From Candidatus Cloacimonadota bacterium (lineage in GTDB: Bacteria > Cloacimonadota > Cloacimonadia > Cloacimonadales > WRIO01), in contig WRLO01000010.1 of the NCBI GenBank assembly GCA_009777575.1, forward strand, positions 1 to 61,496: 61,496 bases of DNA, in the 5' to 3' direction. Shown here one piece after another: positions 19,489-28,259 of this stretch (position 1 is the stretch's first letter; each line of letters starts with the position of its first letter). The notes under the pieces are model-generated. The model was not told where the DNA came from, searched no databases, and saw nothing but the letters and a program-made list of their open reading frames with translations. The position numbers were made by a program, and so were the translations under genes.

Positions 19489-20169
19489 CTACTGCAACGA
19501 TTTTAGCATTCTATTTCTTTCGTTTATTTTTGTTATCAACGAATTTGAGCCAGCTATTATCTCCTCTTTATTATCTGATACAACATTGCGTTCCAATTCC
19601 CTTATTGATGCAAGTATACTTTCTTCTACCTCTGTCAAATCTGGATGTGTTTTTATTGGACTTGAATAAAGCAAATCATAAACTTTTTCTATGCTCTTTT
19701 GGGGTTCTTTATCTTTTGTTCTTTCTATTAATCCTTTGATTTTTTCAGAAGAAACTTTGATGTAATTGATCTGAGTTTTTCTCATCTCTTCAGCATCTGC
19801 AGTTCTTTCGTTTGCAATTAATAGCGATACCAGTATAATGCTGTAGAAAAAGGCGATAGTAAGTTGTGACAACAAGGCATAAGTATGCTTATCAGGGCTT
19901 ATCAAAATAAATACGATGCCTGTCACAAATGCTGTAAGGAAATATATTGATGAAATGTAATAAATCGAAAACCCAAATACAGCAGAACTTTTTCCCTTTC
20001 GTGTTAGAATAGGTGTGAGTAGGAGCATAAAATATGCAAAGTGAATAAATGAATAAGAAATCCAGACAGACGCTTTATTTTCAGCTCCTCTCAAAGTAAA
20101 AAAAAAGACATTAAAAGCTATCAAAAAGATAGAATTTAAAATTATCCAAAGTTTATTTTCTTTTTTCAT
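19489..20169 (-). CDS. Hypothetical membrane protein (4-5 TM helices) with a C-terminal coiled-coil.
   Basis: 226-aa ORF with a hydrophobic N-terminal half. Likely co-transcribed with the SPFH gene immediately upstream (10-bp gap). Confidence 0.5.
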   Translation of the reverse strand: MKKENKLWIILNSIFLIAFNVFFFTLRGAENKASVWISYSFIHFAYFMLLLTPILTRKGKSSAVFGFSIYYISSIYFLTAFVTGIVFILISPDKHTYALLSQLTIAFFYSIILVSLLIANERTADAEEMRKTQINYIKVSSEKIKGLIERTKDKEPQKSIEKVYDLLYSSPIKTHPDLTEVEESILASIRELERNVVSDNKEEIIAGSNSLITKINERNRMLKSLQ

Positions 20170-20179
20170 GATTTCCTCC

Positions 20180-21328
20180 TTACATCCTACTCATGATTTC
20201 AGCTTTTTTTGCATCAAACTCCGATTGCTCAATTAGACCTAAATCAAGCATTTCTTTGAGTTTTTTCAAAGTAGCTACAGGGTCTTCTGTATTTGTCTGA
20301 GAAGTTTCTGCGGATTTTTGTGTAAATCTGCCTGAAGGATGTGGCGATGTTGGTTGCTGAGGTGGTTGTTGAATAGGTGTCAACATTTGCTGTGCCATGC
20401 CTCCAAATATTCCACCAGCTGCCATGCCCATACCGAGTCCAGCTCCTGTAGCTGCAACTCCGCCTGAACCTGGATTATCAGCAAGTTTGCCCAGTATATT
20501 TGCTGCTTGTTGTCTTCCCCAGTCATCACCCAGTACATCCATCACACCTTTATCTGCTTGAGCGTTTCTGAGTTTAGCAATCGCATCCATGCCTATTTCA
20601 TCATATCGTCTGCGAAGCTCATCATCATCAATATCCAAAGCAGCTATAGAAAATTTAATTATTCTCAGACCATAATCTTCTAATACTTCTCCGAAAAATG
20701 GTTCGACTGCTTCTGAAAACTCCAATATTCTTGCCTCAATTCCCAGAAGCTCTGTTTGTGTCTCATTGAGAGCTCTGGTGATACTTGCTTTTATTTTGCT
20801 TTGAAATTCATTGGCAAAATAATCATCTAAAAGTGTTTGACTGGTAATCATATTAGCATTATTGCCAACCAATTTTGTCAGAAACTTTTGTGGATTGTTG
20901 ACTTGGATTCTATATGCACCTCTGGCACGAATTTTGGTCGCAATACCAAGCAGTTTATCACGCACTTGAATTGGTGATGTAGTTCCCCATTTCACCTCTA
21001 AACTATGAGTTGTTTTTACAAAATAAACAACGCAATTAAAGGTGCTAATACCACCAGTAAACATATTTCGTAGTCTACTGATAAATGGGTAATTCTCTGT
21101 AGAAAGTTTATATGAGCCATTGTCAAAAACTTGCTCAATCACTCCACCTTTGATAAAGATAGCCTCTTCACCGGGCATAACTATAAGCGTGGAATTAGTA
21201 TTGAAATCTTCTTCTGGTTGCCTCCAGATAAGTAAATCACCGGGACCAGAGTTTTTTATTACTTCTGCCCAGTTTTTTTTCCCGCCTGCAAAAGCAGTTT
21301 CGTTAGGGTTTTTAGTAAAAATTCCCAT
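20180..21328 (-). CDS. SPFH/Band-7-like domain protein with a Gly-rich linker and a C-terminal SHOCT domain.
   Basis: YdjI-like SPFH region. C-terminal VATLKKLKEMLDLGLIEQSEFDAKKAEIM matches the SHOCT motif. RBS GGAGAAATAT before the ATG at 21328. Confidence 0.6.
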   Translation of the reverse strand: MGIFTKNPNETAFAGGKKNWAEVIKNSGPGDLLIWRQPEEDFNTNSTLIVMPGEEAIFIKGGVIEQVFDNGSYKLSTENYPFISRLRNMFTGGISTFNCVVYFVKTTHSLEVKWGTTSPIQVRDKLLGIATKIRARGAYRIQVNNPQKFLTKLVGNNANMITSQTLLDDYFANEFQSKIKASITRALNETQTELLGIEARILEFSEAVEPFFGEVLEDYGLRIIKFSIAALDIDDDELRRRYDEIGMDAIAKLRNAQADKGVMDVLGDDWGRQQAANILGKLADNPGSGGVAATGAGLGMGMAAGGIFGGMAQQMLTPIQQPPQQPTSPHPSGRFTQKSAETSQTNTEDPVATLKKLKEMLDLGLIEQSEFDAKKAEIMSRM

Positions 21329-21340
21329 ATATTTCTCCTG

Positions 21341-21540
21341 TTTATTTTATATAAAATCATACCTTACACATGCCGAAGCCGCCGCGACCAGAGGGTCGAA
21401 CCATCAAAGCGGTAACTTCAAAATACTCCCTTATTCTCTGTGTTCTCAATCTCTGTGCGTTCTGTGCCTTCTCTCAAAAAACTCTGTGTTAAAAAAAGAA
21501 GTTATAGGCGAGATGTGTAAGGAATATCAATAATTTGACC
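21341..21540. repeat. Member of the mosaic structured repeat family, immediately 5' of the SPFH gene.
   Basis: Ends ATAAAATCATACCTTACACA...ATGTGTAAGGAATATCAATAA are shared with the element at 26004-26436. The internal region is homologous (as reverse complement) to 7864-8075, with CTCTGTG (CACAGAG on the minus strand) direct repeats. Confidence 0.55.
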
Positions 21541-21568
21541 CTTGAAAATTACGATATAGATAGAAAAT

Positions 21569-21865
21569 CTATTTTCGTTTAAATCCTTCGGCGATAATCC
21601 TTTTAGCATTTTCGGGTCTCTCCCTGAGAGTCACGAGAAAATTATACACTCCTACCCCATCCATAAAAGGAGCAAGTTTGTATATCATTTCTGCACTATA
21701 ACCCTCAATTGAAATCATATTTTCAGTTGGAAATATTTTATTTTCTATCCAACTTTCAAGTTCAAATCTAATATCATCATGTTTTGCAAAAGATGATGCT
21801 ATTTTTTCAGCCACTAAAGGTTTTTGTTTTTTTTCATTGATTATATAGTTTAATATCTTATCCAT
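21569..21865 (-). CDS. Hypothetical 98-aa protein directly downstream of the HExxH protein (possible cognate immunity/partner).
   Basis: ORF with a 16-bp gap to the upstream gene on the same strand. No recognisable motif. Confidence 0.4.
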   Translation of the reverse strand: MDKILNYIINEKKQKPLVAEKIASSFAKHDDIRFELESWIENKIFPTENMISIEGYSAEMIYKLAPFMDGVGVYNFLVTLRERPENAKRIIAEGFKRK

Positions 21866-21880
21866 TATTACCCTCCTATT

Positions 21881-22648
21881 TTATATATCAAATCTATCCC
21901 TATACCCTGCAGCAAAATCTCTTGCCTCTGCCTCTACCATCTGGTTTTCATAAGCCTCAAAATCCATATCCGGTGTGATATAGTTTTCAAAACCTTCTTG
22001 ATATTCAGCACCTCTCGGATTTGAGGGATCTTGTGAACATTCATACTGATAAGCATGCCACATTTCATGGGCTATGGTATCAGCAGCTTCTGGTCCGTCA
22101 TCAAGCATATTTTCATTTATTTCGATAATATTTGTTTCTTGATTATAACCACCATAATTATTTTCACCCATATCGCCGCTAAAAACTATCTCTGGTGGGT
22201 TCTTCATACCTGTGTCAGCGATAACATCGTTTGCAAGTTCATTCATTGCCAATTTTTGTTCATCAAGTGTCATATCACTCCAACGACCTATTTCTTGATT
22301 TTCTGGTGCTTTATCATTATACTGGGTCTTGTTAAAGTCAGTATATTCACTACCTGTATATTCCTTGGTCTCTGGTGGTGATTCTACTTCTAAAGGGTTT
22401 TGAACTTCTCCACTTTCTAGATAATCATCATAAGTATAGTCTTTAGAAAATTTGTTTAAATCAACCCCTAAGTTATTTTCTTCATGTATTTCAGGTTTGT
22501 TTTCTATTTCACTAGGTTTATTATTTAAATCGACCCCTGCATCAGTTGCCAAATCTCCCCCAAAGTCATTTGTTAGATTATTGACATCATCTTGAGATAT
22601 TTTATTATCTGGTATTATATCTCTATTTAGTTCATATTTTTCATTCAT
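21881..22648 (-). CDS. Acidic hypothetical protein with a C-terminal zincin-like HExxH motif (IAHEMWHAYQYE).
   Basis: 255 aa. D/E/N-rich N-terminal two thirds. HEMWH..QY resembles the HELVH..QY module at the C-terminus of the 1781-aa protein (46665..52010). Confidence 0.45.
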   Translation of the reverse strand: MNEKYELNRDIIPDNKISQDDVNNLTNDFGGDLATDAGVDLNNKPSEIENKPEIHEENNLGVDLNKFSKDYTYDDYLESGEVQNPLEVESPPETKEYTGSEYTDFNKTQYNDKAPENQEIGRWSDMTLDEQKLAMNELANDVIADTGMKNPPEIVFSGDMGENNYGGYNQETNIIEINENMLDDGPEAADTIAHEMWHAYQYECSQDPSNPRGAEYQEGFENYITPDMDFEAYENQMVEAEARDFAAGYRDRFDI

Positions 22649-22689
22649 AAGATTTTTCCTTTATAAAAATTAAAATAATATATTTTTCC

Positions 22690-22845
22690 TTTCGCATGCC
22701 CGAAGGGTATGTGACGCTTAGTAGAAAACGAACAACAACACAATCCCCCTCCCTACCCCACCAGCAAAGCTGGTGGGGTAGGGAAAAAATAACATCATGG
22801 ACATTCCGTTTTCTACTAAACGATGCACACCTCTGGTGTGCGAGG
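22690..22845. repeat. Highly structured ~155-bp element: terminal hairpins plus a central perfect 15-bp-stem hairpin.
   Basis: CGCATGCCC-GAA-GGGTATGTG at the 5' end. CCCTACCCCACCAGC-AAA-GCTGGTGGGGTAGGG at 22751-22783. CGCACACC-TCT-GGTGTGCG at the 3' end. Flanking imperfect IR CTTAGTAGAAAACG/CGTTTTCTACTAAACG. Homologous to the unit tandemly repeated at 26132-26236. Confidence 0.55.
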
Positions 22846-22858
22846 AAACTAAATATAT

Positions 22859-25534
22859 TCATACTATATTCTCCAAAGTTTTCTGGACAGTAGCATCAGA
22901 CACATTTATCTTCGTTCCATATCTAATTCTGCGAAGTAAATGCAATTCAACACAAGCAAGTAATTTCTGATCATAAACCTCATCGTTCAGCTCGTATTTA
23001 ATAAGCCTTTCTATTTGATTAAATACATTTTTAACGATGGAAGAATCTGCACTATCAGGTTTAAAATTCTTTACAAATATTCTTCTGGCTATTTCTCTAC
23101 CTAAAATTCTTTTATCGTATTCACATCCATCTACACAAAAGCGACAATAACCACATTCAGGATAAGGTCGCAGTTTATCTTTACGGTTATTCCAGTATGT
23201 AGAAAGTGACTTTATACTTTCATCAGAAAGGGTGATACTAATATTTTGAGCGAGTCTATAGTCTTCTGTTTTTATCTCTTCAGGTTCATCAAGCTTTCCA
23301 AAAAATAAAAAGGCTTCACCCGGTTTTAGTTTAGCAAGTCTTTTCTCTTGAATTTCCGTCATATTTGAACTATTGGCTATCATCTCTTTATCCGTGCCTT
23401 CTACAAGCCTAAAAGTGACTTTTATATCCGTCAATGACACAACATCAGTCGAGACTTTTCTCGGTGATTGGTCAGCAATGACTATACCTACTCCATAAGA
23501 GCGAATCTCAGCAAGCATGCGTTTTACTAGTCCTTGAGCTATTGCAGCTGGGTTTGCTTCACCTTCACCAGCATTGGAATCAGCATCAAGCAAAACATGG
23601 GCTTCTTCAAGTAAAATCACATTTTTAAGATTACCTTCACCAAGATAATTACTATTCACATAAGCCAAAATAGATAATAAAAGTAAAGATATTATCAATG
23701 CTTTTTGGTCGCTATTCTCAATAGCAGCAAGCTCAATAACAGTAGGTTTGGTTAATAAATCTTCTATCGGAATAGAATGATAATTATCAAACAAATTTAC
23801 AAGGCTTTGCAACCTTACTAACCCTGCTCTTCCAATATTTTTTGCATCTCCTGTATATCCTATTGCCTCAAAGGTTTCTTCAAAGCATTTAATGAAATCC
23901 GTGATATTAAAAACTTTTCCTTTATTATCGCTGGTATATGTGTCCAACCAACGAAAATCAGAATAACAATTATTGACAGTTTCTTCAAAGATCTTATCAA
24001 GAGGTGATGACATCGCCACACCAGCAGCAAAGGCTGTTTTTAATGTGTTTTTATAGGTCTCAAGTTTTACATTCTTGGGTGGCACAAAAGGATTAAACAC
24101 GAACGGGGATATAAAGTTTTTTCCCGGTGTAAACACCTGCAAGTCTGGAATACTCTGTACCAAAGCTCGATACTCATTTTTTGCTGGTTCAATCACGAGA
24201 AATGGTATTTTATGGTCTTTCCACAGCCTATCAAGCAAACTTACAGAAAATGTAGTTTTACCAGAGCCAGGCGTTCCCACCACAAGCATATGCTTAGTAA
24301 GGTCTTTCAAGGAAATGCCGATAGTATCACCTTGAGAAGATGATTTTAGCCTACCAAGCATGATGTCTCCACCACCAACCACATTATCAGCATAAGTCCG
24401 ACTTATTTTTCCTGATTCGTTCACTACCAGACCAGCATATACTGTGTCACTGCCAATAGGAAGCCTGAAAAATTCTGACGCTTCTTCAGCAGTGATGATA
24501 TAAGGCAATTTATAAAAATCATTTAAATTTTGCCCTACATTCCAAACAGATGGATTTCTATCGGTGGCAAGTAATAATTCGTGAACTGCCCAAGGAAGTG
24601 GGTAGAAGTTGTCGTCTTTCCTTACATCGTTTGGTTGCAATGATGTTATTCTTAGTTCATTACTATTGTTTAATTGAGCCAAAATTCTAGTGGCGATGGC
24701 ATTTGTTTCGCTTTGAGAACCATAAACAAGAATATTAAAGGCAAAAGCAGCTGTGTTCTTTTTCTGAGAATAATATTTATAAGTTTCTGCATGTTTTTCT
24801 GCGAGAGCAAAGCTGATATTACCAACACCATGTTCCATGACACCTTTGGATAGAGTTCCCAGCATTTGAGCATTTCTGTCTATAGCTGAGGCTTCTAGTG
24901 GTGAATAAATGACAGGCATCAACTGAAATGAAACAGCACAATTTGGAAAATCTATAAGCGAACTTACAATACGACTGAGGTCGTTTTCTGTCTCAGCAAT
25001 TTTACTAAAAGCAAAACAATATGGAATCATATTATTTTGTAAGTTCTCAAGATGTTCGCTTTTGACCACTGCTTTTATAGATTGATTATTTGTATTTTTT
25101 ATTTTCGCTATTAAATTATTGATGTCTGCATCTTTATATTCAAATTTACCAAAATCAAGGGTGGATTTGCATACCCTCAAAACAGAGGAAATAGTATTCT
25201 CTATTTCTGCATTATTATTCCCGATTGCTCTGATGATTATATGTAAAGTGATAGCGGCTTTATAGGGTTGGTTCTTCACTTCCTGAGTTGACCATAAGAT
25301 TTCTAGCGATATATCCTGGCTTCCCCCCACATAAATGTGGGGAGGACTTAATTTATAATTCTGATATACCTCCGACAGCAAGCGTGCCATATCCTGCTTG
25401 TACTCGGTATCAATGTTGTCAACTGTAGTAAATCTCTTTTGTAAGATAGACAAGTGCGGTATGCTGGTTATTTCGATTGCACAAAGACCTACATATTCAC
25501 CGTTTGATAATTCGACTATAGAAATATTATTCAT
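22859..25534 (-). CDS. HerA/FtsK-superfamily (DUF87-like) ATPase with a ~380-aa N-terminal extension and a C-terminal Cys cluster.
   Basis: Walker A MLVVGTPGSGKTT, HerA-like IEPAKNEYRAL (DPxGEY-like), Walker B LLEEAHVLL, VIADQSPRKVSTDV. C-terminal CGYCRFCVDGC. Confidence 0.75.
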   Translation of the reverse strand: MNNISIVELSNGEYVGLCAIEITSIPHLSILQKRFTTVDNIDTEYKQDMARLLSEVYQNYKLSPPHIYVGGSQDISLEILWSTQEVKNQPYKAAITLHIIIRAIGNNNAEIENTISSVLRVCKSTLDFGKFEYKDADINNLIAKIKNTNNQSIKAVVKSEHLENLQNNMIPYCFAFSKIAETENDLSRIVSSLIDFPNCAVSFQLMPVIYSPLEASAIDRNAQMLGTLSKGVMEHGVGNISFALAEKHAETYKYYSQKKNTAAFAFNILVYGSQSETNAIATRILAQLNNSNELRITSLQPNDVRKDDNFYPLPWAVHELLLATDRNPSVWNVGQNLNDFYKLPYIITAEEASEFFRLPIGSDTVYAGLVVNESGKISRTYADNVVGGGDIMLGRLKSSSQGDTIGISLKDLTKHMLVVGTPGSGKTTFSVSLLDRLWKDHKIPFLVIEPAKNEYRALVQSIPDLQVFTPGKNFISPFVFNPFVPPKNVKLETYKNTLKTAFAAGVAMSSPLDKIFEETVNNCYSDFRWLDTYTSDNKGKVFNITDFIKCFEETFEAIGYTGDAKNIGRAGLVRLQSLVNLFDNYHSIPIEDLLTKPTVIELAAIENSDQKALIISLLLLSILAYVNSNYLGEGNLKNVILLEEAHVLLDADSNAGEGEANPAAIAQGLVKRMLAEIRSYGVGIVIADQSPRKVSTDVVSLTDIKVTFRLVEGTDKEMIANSSNMTEIQEKRLAKLKPGEAFLFFGKLDEPEEIKTEDYRLAQNISITLSDESIKSLSTYWNNRKDKLRPYPECGYCRFCVDGCEYDKRILGREIARRIFVKNFKPDSADSSIVKNVFNQIERLIKYELNDEVYDQKLLACVELHLLRRIRYGTKINVSDATVQKTLENIV

Positions 25535-25943
25535 TTCCTACCTTCATAAGTAAATCCACAAATGATTCTGGTAAACTCACATTATTCATTTTTATTGCCT
25601 CTTTAAAAAGAGGAGCAATTTCCTCATCTTTAAAACCTGCAATGCCGCAACCTATGCGAGTTACATAAAAAAATAACTCTTGATGTTCTTTAGCAAAATC
25701 CAAAAAATCATTTACATAAGGAATTATACTATCTACTCCTCCTTGCATAGTGGGAATAGCATAACTCTGACCTTGTAATCCGACACCTTGACCATAAATC
25801 GCTCCGAATTTTTCATGAGCAGTTTGAGCCGCTCCACCAGCGTGTTGACCTGCAAGATTACTCCCAAAAACAAAAACTTCATTGGGAGCTAAGGAGCTTA
25901 TTTTTTCGGGTGTTATTAATTTTTTATTCGTTATTATTGTCAT
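25527..25943 (-). CDS. Small Gly-rich Rossmann-like protein translationally coupled to the HerA-like ATPase. Family uncertain (SLOG/LOG/DprA-like at best).
   Basis: 138 aa. VFVFGSNLAGQHAGGAAQTAHEKFGAIYGQGVGLQG. 8-bp overlap with the downstream ATPase gene. Confidence 0.45.
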   Translation of the reverse strand: MTIITNKKLITPEKISSLAPNEVFVFGSNLAGQHAGGAAQTAHEKFGAIYGQGVGLQGQSYAIPTMQGGVDSIIPYVNDFLDFAKEHQELFFYVTRIGCGIAGFKDEEIAPLFKEAIKMNNVSLPESFVDLLMKVGNE

Positions 25944-26003
25944 TTTATTATCCTCAATTTTTATTGTATCTCATTTGAGTCCACTCCGAAAAGTATATTT
26001 TCA

Positions 26004-26436
26004 TAAAATCATACCTTACACACACCGAAGTGTCGGTTCAAGAGATAAGAGGCTATGCCGAATAGCTCGCAGAATTACCTCATGAGAATATCATGCAACC
26101 AACAACATCCACCCCTAAGGGGTGGAACTCTAAAAAGTATATTTGTATAAAATCATACCTTACGCACGCCGAAGGTGTGTGACTCTTTATAGAAAAACGG
26201 CAACCAACAACATCCACCCCTAAGGGGTGGAACTCTAAAAAGTATATTTGTATAAAATCATACCTTACGCACGCCGAAGGTGTGTGACTCTTTATAGAAA
26301 AACGGCAACCAACAACATCCACCCCTAAGGGGTGGAACTCTATGTAGTACAACAATGAGGTAATTCTGCGAGCCATTCGGCATAGCCTCATATCTCTTGA
26401 ACCGATCTCTCCAAGATGTGTAAGGAATATCAATAA
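26004..26436. repeat. Composite foldback repeat element: nested inverted repeats (~47 bp, 2 mismatches) enclosing a tandemly duplicated core.
   Basis: Outer ends ATACCTTACACA / TGTGTAAGGAAT. Inner IR 26028-26081 versus 26358-26404 (CGGTTCAAGAGATAAGAGGCTATGCCGAATAGCTCGCAGAATTACCTC and its reverse complement). Confidence 0.6.
26096..26341 (+). repeat. Tandem duplication of a 105-bp unit (2.3 copies). It superficially resembles a CRISPR array but is not one.
   Basis: 36-mer CAACCAACAACATCCACCCCTAAGGGGTGGAACTCT at 26096, 26201 and 26306. The two intervening 69-bp segments are identical to each other (AAAAAGTATATTTGTATAAAATCATACCTTACGCACGCCGAAGGTGTGTGACTCTTTATAGAAAAACGG). Confidence 0.85.
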
Positions 26437-26558
26437 ATAACTAAAAATCGACTTTTCGGAGAGGACTCCAAATGGAGCATGGTTTGATTTTGAAGAGGGA
26501 TTCTCTTCAATCAGTTTATTTGCACTGTATTCCTTATTCTCTAAATCTGATACTTTCA

Positions 26559-28259
26559 TTAAACTTTTGTTTCCCAATAACCTGTTTTGTCAGAGCCTTT
26601 ACGCTCTATAATATCTAATTTCTTCAATTGGTTAATGTTCTTCTTTACACCGGGTATAGACATACCTACCTCAGAAGCAAGTTGTTCAAGTGTAATTTCA
26701 GGATTTTTTATCAAGATATTAATAATTTTGTTTTGAGTGTCATTTACAGGATACTTTATAGGATACTTTATAGGATACTTTACAGGATACTTTTGAGTAT
26801 CCAATAAATGCTCATTGTTGCTTAATATCCACTGTCCATTTTTATTACCACCTTTACGCTCTATAATGCCTAATTTCTTCAATTGATTAATATTCTTCTT
26901 TATACCAGGTATAGATATCCCTATCTCAGTTGCAAGTTGTTCAATTGTAATTTCAGGATTTTTTGATATAGCATTTATTATTCCGTTTTTAGTTTCATTT
27001 ATAGGATACTTTATAGGATACTTTACAGGATACTTTTCATTCAAATCATTTGCACCGATAATTTCACCATTGTTTGCACTATAAATTTCACCAATATTTG
27101 CACCGATAATTTCACCATTGTTTGAAAGTGGAATACTATTAAAAGTAATATCTGTTCCAGATCTGTTTGATGAAAAAACAGGTAAAGGGTTATCATATTC
27201 TTTACAGGCAATCATGATTTTTTCTATTCCTCTTCCCCAAGCCTCAATCATACCAGAACGGAAAAAAACTTCAGCAATAAATGGATTTCTTTGAACAGAG
27301 CTATGAGGAGATAAAAGAGTATCCACTGTCCAGCTTTCGGGAAGCCCACCAGTATTAAAAACTATCACTTTATCAGGAAATACTTTAATCTGTATCGGCA
27401 CGCCTGTATTATAATCTTTATGCACAACAGCATTCAACAAAGCCTCTCGAAGGGCAGAACGAGCCACAATATAAGAATCTATTCGTTGTATCCCCTCATA
27501 TCGAATAATACCCTTTAAATATTTTGTATAGATTGTATCTAACGCTCTGTCGGGCATTGAGATTAGTGGACCTCTTATTTCATCTTGATAGATTAAATCT
27601 GCACCTGTTTGAAAAAAACCTATTTTTATATAGGCTCCTGTAACCCAATATTCTGGATTTTGGTGAAATAATAAAATTGCTGCTCTTTTTAAATAATTGT
27701 TTTCAGTTAGAGTCAAGTTTTGTATCAAAGTAGCATCATCAATATCTAAATCTTCCTTTGATAGGCGCTGACTTTCTAATGCTTTCTTTCTGAAATAACG
27801 CAAAGCATCCCTTTCTAAATCATCCACCTTTACATAAGGCATAGGAACACCATCCCATGTTTTACCTTGTTTGCGTAAAATAAACTCATCGAGAGCATTA
27901 CCTGTCAATTCCTGTGTTGTGCTACCAGAACGGATATAATATATGCCTCTATAGCTTATGGGAAAAGGATAAGCATTAACATTGATTGAAATATATTCTT
28001 TGCTATTTTTATTCTGGAGAGATATTTCTGCAATGATTGCCATAGCATTCTTTATCTTATTTGGTATATCCTCCATGAGCTTTTTTGATTCAGCCAATCC
28101 AATTATCATGCCTTCGTCATTTCTGACTATCTCTAAACAGCCACCAGACGCATTTGCAAAACCACAGATGGTTTTCAAATATTCATCATGCCAAGATTCT
28201 TTAAATTCAATGTTTTGATTTTCTATTACTTTTTCATCCATTTTCTTTAATGTTTCCAT
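26559..28259 (-). CDS. Schlafen/AlbA_2 (divergent AAA) domain protein with an HATPase_c_4-like region and two tandem C-terminal winged-helix modules. Putative transcriptional regulator.
   Basis: N-terminal NIEFKESWHDEYLKTICGFANASGGCLEIV (AlbA_2). Duplicated ...NPEIT(I/L)EQLA(T/S)E(I/V)G(I/M)SIPG(I/V)KKNINQLKKL(G/D)IIERKG... wHTH, each preceded by KYPVKYPIKYPI peptide repeats. Confidence 0.7.
   Translation of the reverse strand: METLKKMDEKVIENQNIEFKESWHDEYLKTICGFANASGGCLEIVRNDEGMIIGLAESKKLMEDIPNKIKNAMAIIAEISLQNKNSKEYISINVNAYPFPISYRGIYYIRSGSTTQELTGNALDEFILRKQGKTWDGVPMPYVKVDDLERDALRYFRKKALESQRLSKEDLDIDDATLIQNLTLTENNYLKRAAILLFHQNPEYWVTGAYIKIGFFQTGADLIYQDEIRGPLISMPDRALDTIYTKYLKGIIRYEGIQRIDSYIVARSALREALLNAVVHKDYNTGVPIQIKVFPDKVIVFNTGGLPESWTVDTLLSPHSSVQRNPFIAEVFFRSGMIEAWGRGIEKIMIACKEYDNPLPVFSSNRSGTDITFNSIPLSNNGEIIGANIGEIYSANNGEIIGANDLNEKYPVKYPIKYPINETKNGIINAISKNPEITIEQLATEIGISIPGIKKNINQLKKLGIIERKGGNKNGQWILSNNEHLLDTQKYPVKYPIKYPIKYPVNDTQNKIINILIKNPEITLEQLASEVGMSIPGVKKNINQLKKLDIIERKGSDKTGYWETKV

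Noticed and set aside
21385-21410. tRNA-like T-arm motif (GGTTCGACCC) here and at 8038-8060.
   Set aside because: No acceptor stem, anticodon arm or CCA context can be folded. The motif is a module of the dispersed repeat family.
22690-22715. Group II intron domain-V-like or riboswitch identity for the CGCATGCCC-GAA-GGGTATGTG hairpin.
   Set aside because: The sequence does not match the domain V consensus (GAGC...GAAA...) or any riboswitch core I recognise. It is better treated as a module of the novel repeat family.
26096-26341. Possible CRISPR array (36-bp repeats with ~69-bp intervals).
   Set aside because: The two 'spacers' are identical to each other, only 3 repeats are present, the intervals are much longer than typical spacers, and no cas genes are nearby. 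This is a tandem duplication.
26080-26577. 165-aa ORF on the minus strand with an internally repeated peptide (FLEFHPLGVDVVGCRFSIKSHTPSACVRYDFIQIY x3).
   Set aside because: The repetition is simply the translation of the 105-bp tandem DNA repeat. There is no RBS, and the ORF lies entirely within the structured intergenic repeat element. It is almost certainly not a gene.
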